Source: Sandaracinaceae bacterium
GTDB lineage: Bacteria; Myxococcota_A; Polyangia; Polyangiales; JADJQN01
DNA: 64,000 nucleotides
Direction: 5' to 3'
Assembly (NCBI GenBank): GCA_016712745.1
Contig: JADJQN010000001.1
Span: 1,777,494 to 1,841,493 of the forward strand
Shown piece after piece: positions 62,061 to 64,000 of this stretch. Position numbers and translations under genes: made by a program. Position 1 is the first letter of the stretch; each line of letters starts with the position of its first letter. A model generated the notes under the pieces. That model did no database searches, was not told where the DNA came from, and saw only the letters and a list, made by a program, of their open reading frames with translations.

Positions 62061-64000
62061 ACGTCATCTCGAAGCCGCTCAGCAAGGGCGCCGAGAGATG
62101 CATCGAGTCTGCGTTGAGCACGGCTCGCACGCGCAAATACGGAAGCTGCGACGCCTCCATCGCAGCGGTTAGCAGGCTGCTCACATTGATCGGCGAGGTC
62201 GAAGGTGGGGTGACAACCGAGACCGCAGTCGCGGTGTCTAGGTCAGCAATCGATTCGGCCGTATAGAACTCAAACGTGATGTTCGTGCCGGCTGGCTGTG
62301 CACCGGGACTCCAACTGAAGCTCTGCCAGTTCGGACGCTCCGTGCCATGACAAATGGTCGTGCTGTCGTAGTCGCGCTGGTAGTAACCGGTTGGGGCGAA
62401 AACGTTTCCGCTCGGCGGGACTACAATGCGCACGGGCGTGCTCGAGAGACTGCTCGTGCCGTTTGCGACGACTTCGATCGTGAAGTTGAACTCCTGCGCG
62501 GCAAGAATCATTGGCATCACGATGTTGTTCTGGAAGGTGATCTGGAACTGCGCGTTCGTGCCAGGCAAGCACTGGATGAATTTCGCAGGCGACGCGACCG
62601 TGCCCGTACAGCGCATCGCCGTCTCAGCGCTCGGGACCGGTACAATGTTCGCGACGAAAAGGCGCTCATCCACAGCCGGCGTCGCGGGATCATCGTGCAC
62701 GACGACGGTGATGTCCTGGCGCAAATAGCCAGCAAGCTGCTGAATCGAATCGACGACCGATGTCGCGAACGTCCCGCTCGTGCCGCCGTTAGCGGCAATC
62801 TGCGTGTAAACAGGCTGAAGCGTCATTGGATCGACCGAATCTGTATCGACGCCGAGTTGACGCCATTGCACGCCGCCCGAATTCGCCGACCAGACCACGC
62901 ACTGCGTCGTCGATCGATTCGTGCAATGGCGATAGAGGTCGCTTGGCGAAAGAGTGATCGGCGGGGCGTGTGCCATCACATTGAGGCCAGTGTTGTACGA
63001 CGTGCACGGCGAGGCGGCGCCGGGCGGGCACGCCGTGTACATCGCAGGGCTACACGTGAGCGGATGCGCCACCGCAGGAACCTGCGGCATGCAAAGCGTC
63101 CCATAACTTGTACCTGCCGTGCACACAGCGCCGGGCGTTGCCGGCGTGCACGTGTTCGGGGGCTTGTAGCACGTGCATTCCGTGAAGCTGCAGCTGATGC
63201 AACCGTTGCCGCTCGACGGATTGCAGCCGCAATTCGGGCCGCAGGTGTTGCAAGAGCGCGTCACCGGCGCGCACGCCGTTGGACCCGTGCGCGGTGGTGC
63301 GGGCACGCCGGTTCCGCATAGGTAGGGCACCGTCGCAGGGCATGTGCACGACGTCGTTGCGGTGGCGCAGCCTTCGCAATACGAAGGCTCGCGCCAGCCT
63401 TTGTCAGTCGATTGGTTGCAGCCGTACTCGGAGCACGCATCGTTGCCGGACCAAATCGTTACAAGCTTCGCGCCGATACCAATGAGTGCGTCGCGGGCCT
63501 GCGTGTACGTACGCGTGGCTATGCTTGCGTTGTAGTTCGAGGACGACACCGACGGAAGCACAGGGCCGTTGTGCATGGGTGAATCGGTGAAGACCAAGAG
63601 GATCGGAGTGGACCCGGGACGGAAGCATGGATAGCCGATGCCGCCGGGCACCGAACACGCCGTGCTATGCGCCGGGAAATCTGTAATCGGCACGACTCCG
63701 TGGGTGACGGCCGCGCCTGTCGCGATCGAATAAAGCGCAGGCGGAATCGCCTCCGGACCATCAGCACCCGATCCGGGATTGGTGGTGAGTGTGGCGACCG
63801 CCGCTTGTGTTGCGGCGGTGCTCGCCGTGACGTCCTGGACGTGAACGAAGGGCGCGTCTTGCGGATTTAGCGGATCGCCCGGCGGCAGACCGTACGGGCT
63901 CACGGGGAAATCCTGGAACCAACCCAGGCCAAACCACGCATCGGGAATTGCTGCGCGTATCTGCTGAATGATGCCGCCCGCCACTGGGCAACCAACATCA
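62038..64000 (-). CDS. large Cys-rich secreted protein, vWA-like N-terminal region suspected; 5' end outside window
   Basis: The frame stays open to base 64000. LLVFTDSPMHNG resembles the vWA beta-strand, followed by a central Cys-rich stretch. It overlaps the xdh 3' end convergently by 23 nt. Confidence 0.45.
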   Translation of the reverse strand, partial: DVGCPVAGGIIQQIRAAIPDAWFGLGWFQDFPVSPYGLPPGDPLNPQDAPFVHVQDVTASTAATQAAVATLTTNPGSGADGPEAIPPALYSIATGAAVTHGVVPITDFPAHSTACSVPGGIGYPCFRPGSTPILLVFTDSPMHNGPVLPSVSSSNYNASIATRTYTQARDALIGIGAKLVTIWSGNDACSEYGCNQSTDKGWREPSYCEGCATATTSCTCPATVPYLCGTGVPAPPRTGPTACAPVTRSCNTCGPNCGCNPSSGNGCISCSFTECTCYKPPNTCTPATPGAVCTAGTSYGTLCMPQVPAVAHPLTCSPAMYTACPPGAASPCTSYNTGLNVMAHAPPITLSPSDLYRHCTNRSTTQCVVWSANSGGVQWRQLGVDTDSVDPMTLQPVYTQIAANGGTSGTFATSVVDSIQQLAGYLRQDITVVVHDDPATPAVDERLFVANIVPVPSAETAMRCTGTVASPAKFIQCLPGTNAQFQITFQNNIVMPMILAAQEFNFTIEVVANGTSSLSSTPVRIVVPPSGNVFAPTGYYQRDYDSTTICHGTERPNWQSFSWSPGAQPAGTNITFEFYTAESIADLDTATAVSVVTPPSTSPINVSSLLTAAMEASQLPYLRVRAVLNADSMHLSAPLLSGFEMTFTCSPGE

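Overview
High-GC bacterial chromosomal segment, most likely Myxococcota. The pointers are a MYXO-CTERM-type sorting tail on a matrixin, many LxxC lipoproteins, an Oar-like TonB-dependent receptor, FHA and sigma-54 regulators, and an AgmX/PglI-like C-terminal domain. All calls come from reading motifs in the supplied translations and DNA; no searches were run.

Gene content, left to right:
- 1-6 kb: a regulator-rich block. It holds a Crp/Fnr gene operonic with a presenilin-like membrane protein, an FHA/degenerate-GGDEF/pseudo-AAA+ regulator, and sspB.
- 6124-6481: ssrA (tmRNA, tag ANDNALALAA), followed by an array of hairpins and 33-nt repeats.
- 7-11 kb: a sensor-less sigma-54 activator divergent from pckG, then a methyltransferase and a pseudo-receiver.
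- About 11.4 kb: a second partial copy of the ssrA 3' end, next to a transposase remnant.
- 13.0-14.6 kb: a two-gene cassette (Cys-rich repeat lipoprotein plus partner) bracketed by AT-rich palindromic MITE-like elements.
- 16.5-18.5 kb: a sulfite-exporter / persulfide-dioxygenase-like cluster.
- 18.5-21.6 kb: an ATP-grasp gene with two lipoproteins.
- 23.0-26.3 kb: a copper cluster (His-tract lipoprotein, TolC-like protein, multicopper oxidase, CsoR).
- PhoD.
- 32.9-35.0 kb: small stress-type genes with good -24/-12 motifs flanking a frameshifted GGDEF gene.
- A CASTOR/POLLUX-like channel.
- Two metzincins, each translationally coupled to an upstream ORF.
- 39.5-47.3 kb: one long minus-strand operon (atypical OmpR-type regulator, TonB, ExbB, ExbD, ExbD, Oar-like receptor, lipoproteins).
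- 47.5-52.1 kb: convergent lipid-type operons (KAS III-like + fatty-acid hydroxylase versus sulfotransferase + reductase). They are separated by an ~850-bp structured region with an inverted pair of TIR-bounded elements and tandem terminator-like hairpins.
- An M49 peptidase.
- xdhC plus a single-polypeptide fused xanthine dehydrogenase.

No CRISPR array, rRNA or tRNA was seen. The most unusual items are the presenilin-like protease, the pseudo-enhancer-binding protein, the ssrA-associated repeats and duplicate att-like core, the MITE-bracketed Cys-rich cassette, and the 49.2-50.0 kb palindromic/tandem-hairpin region.
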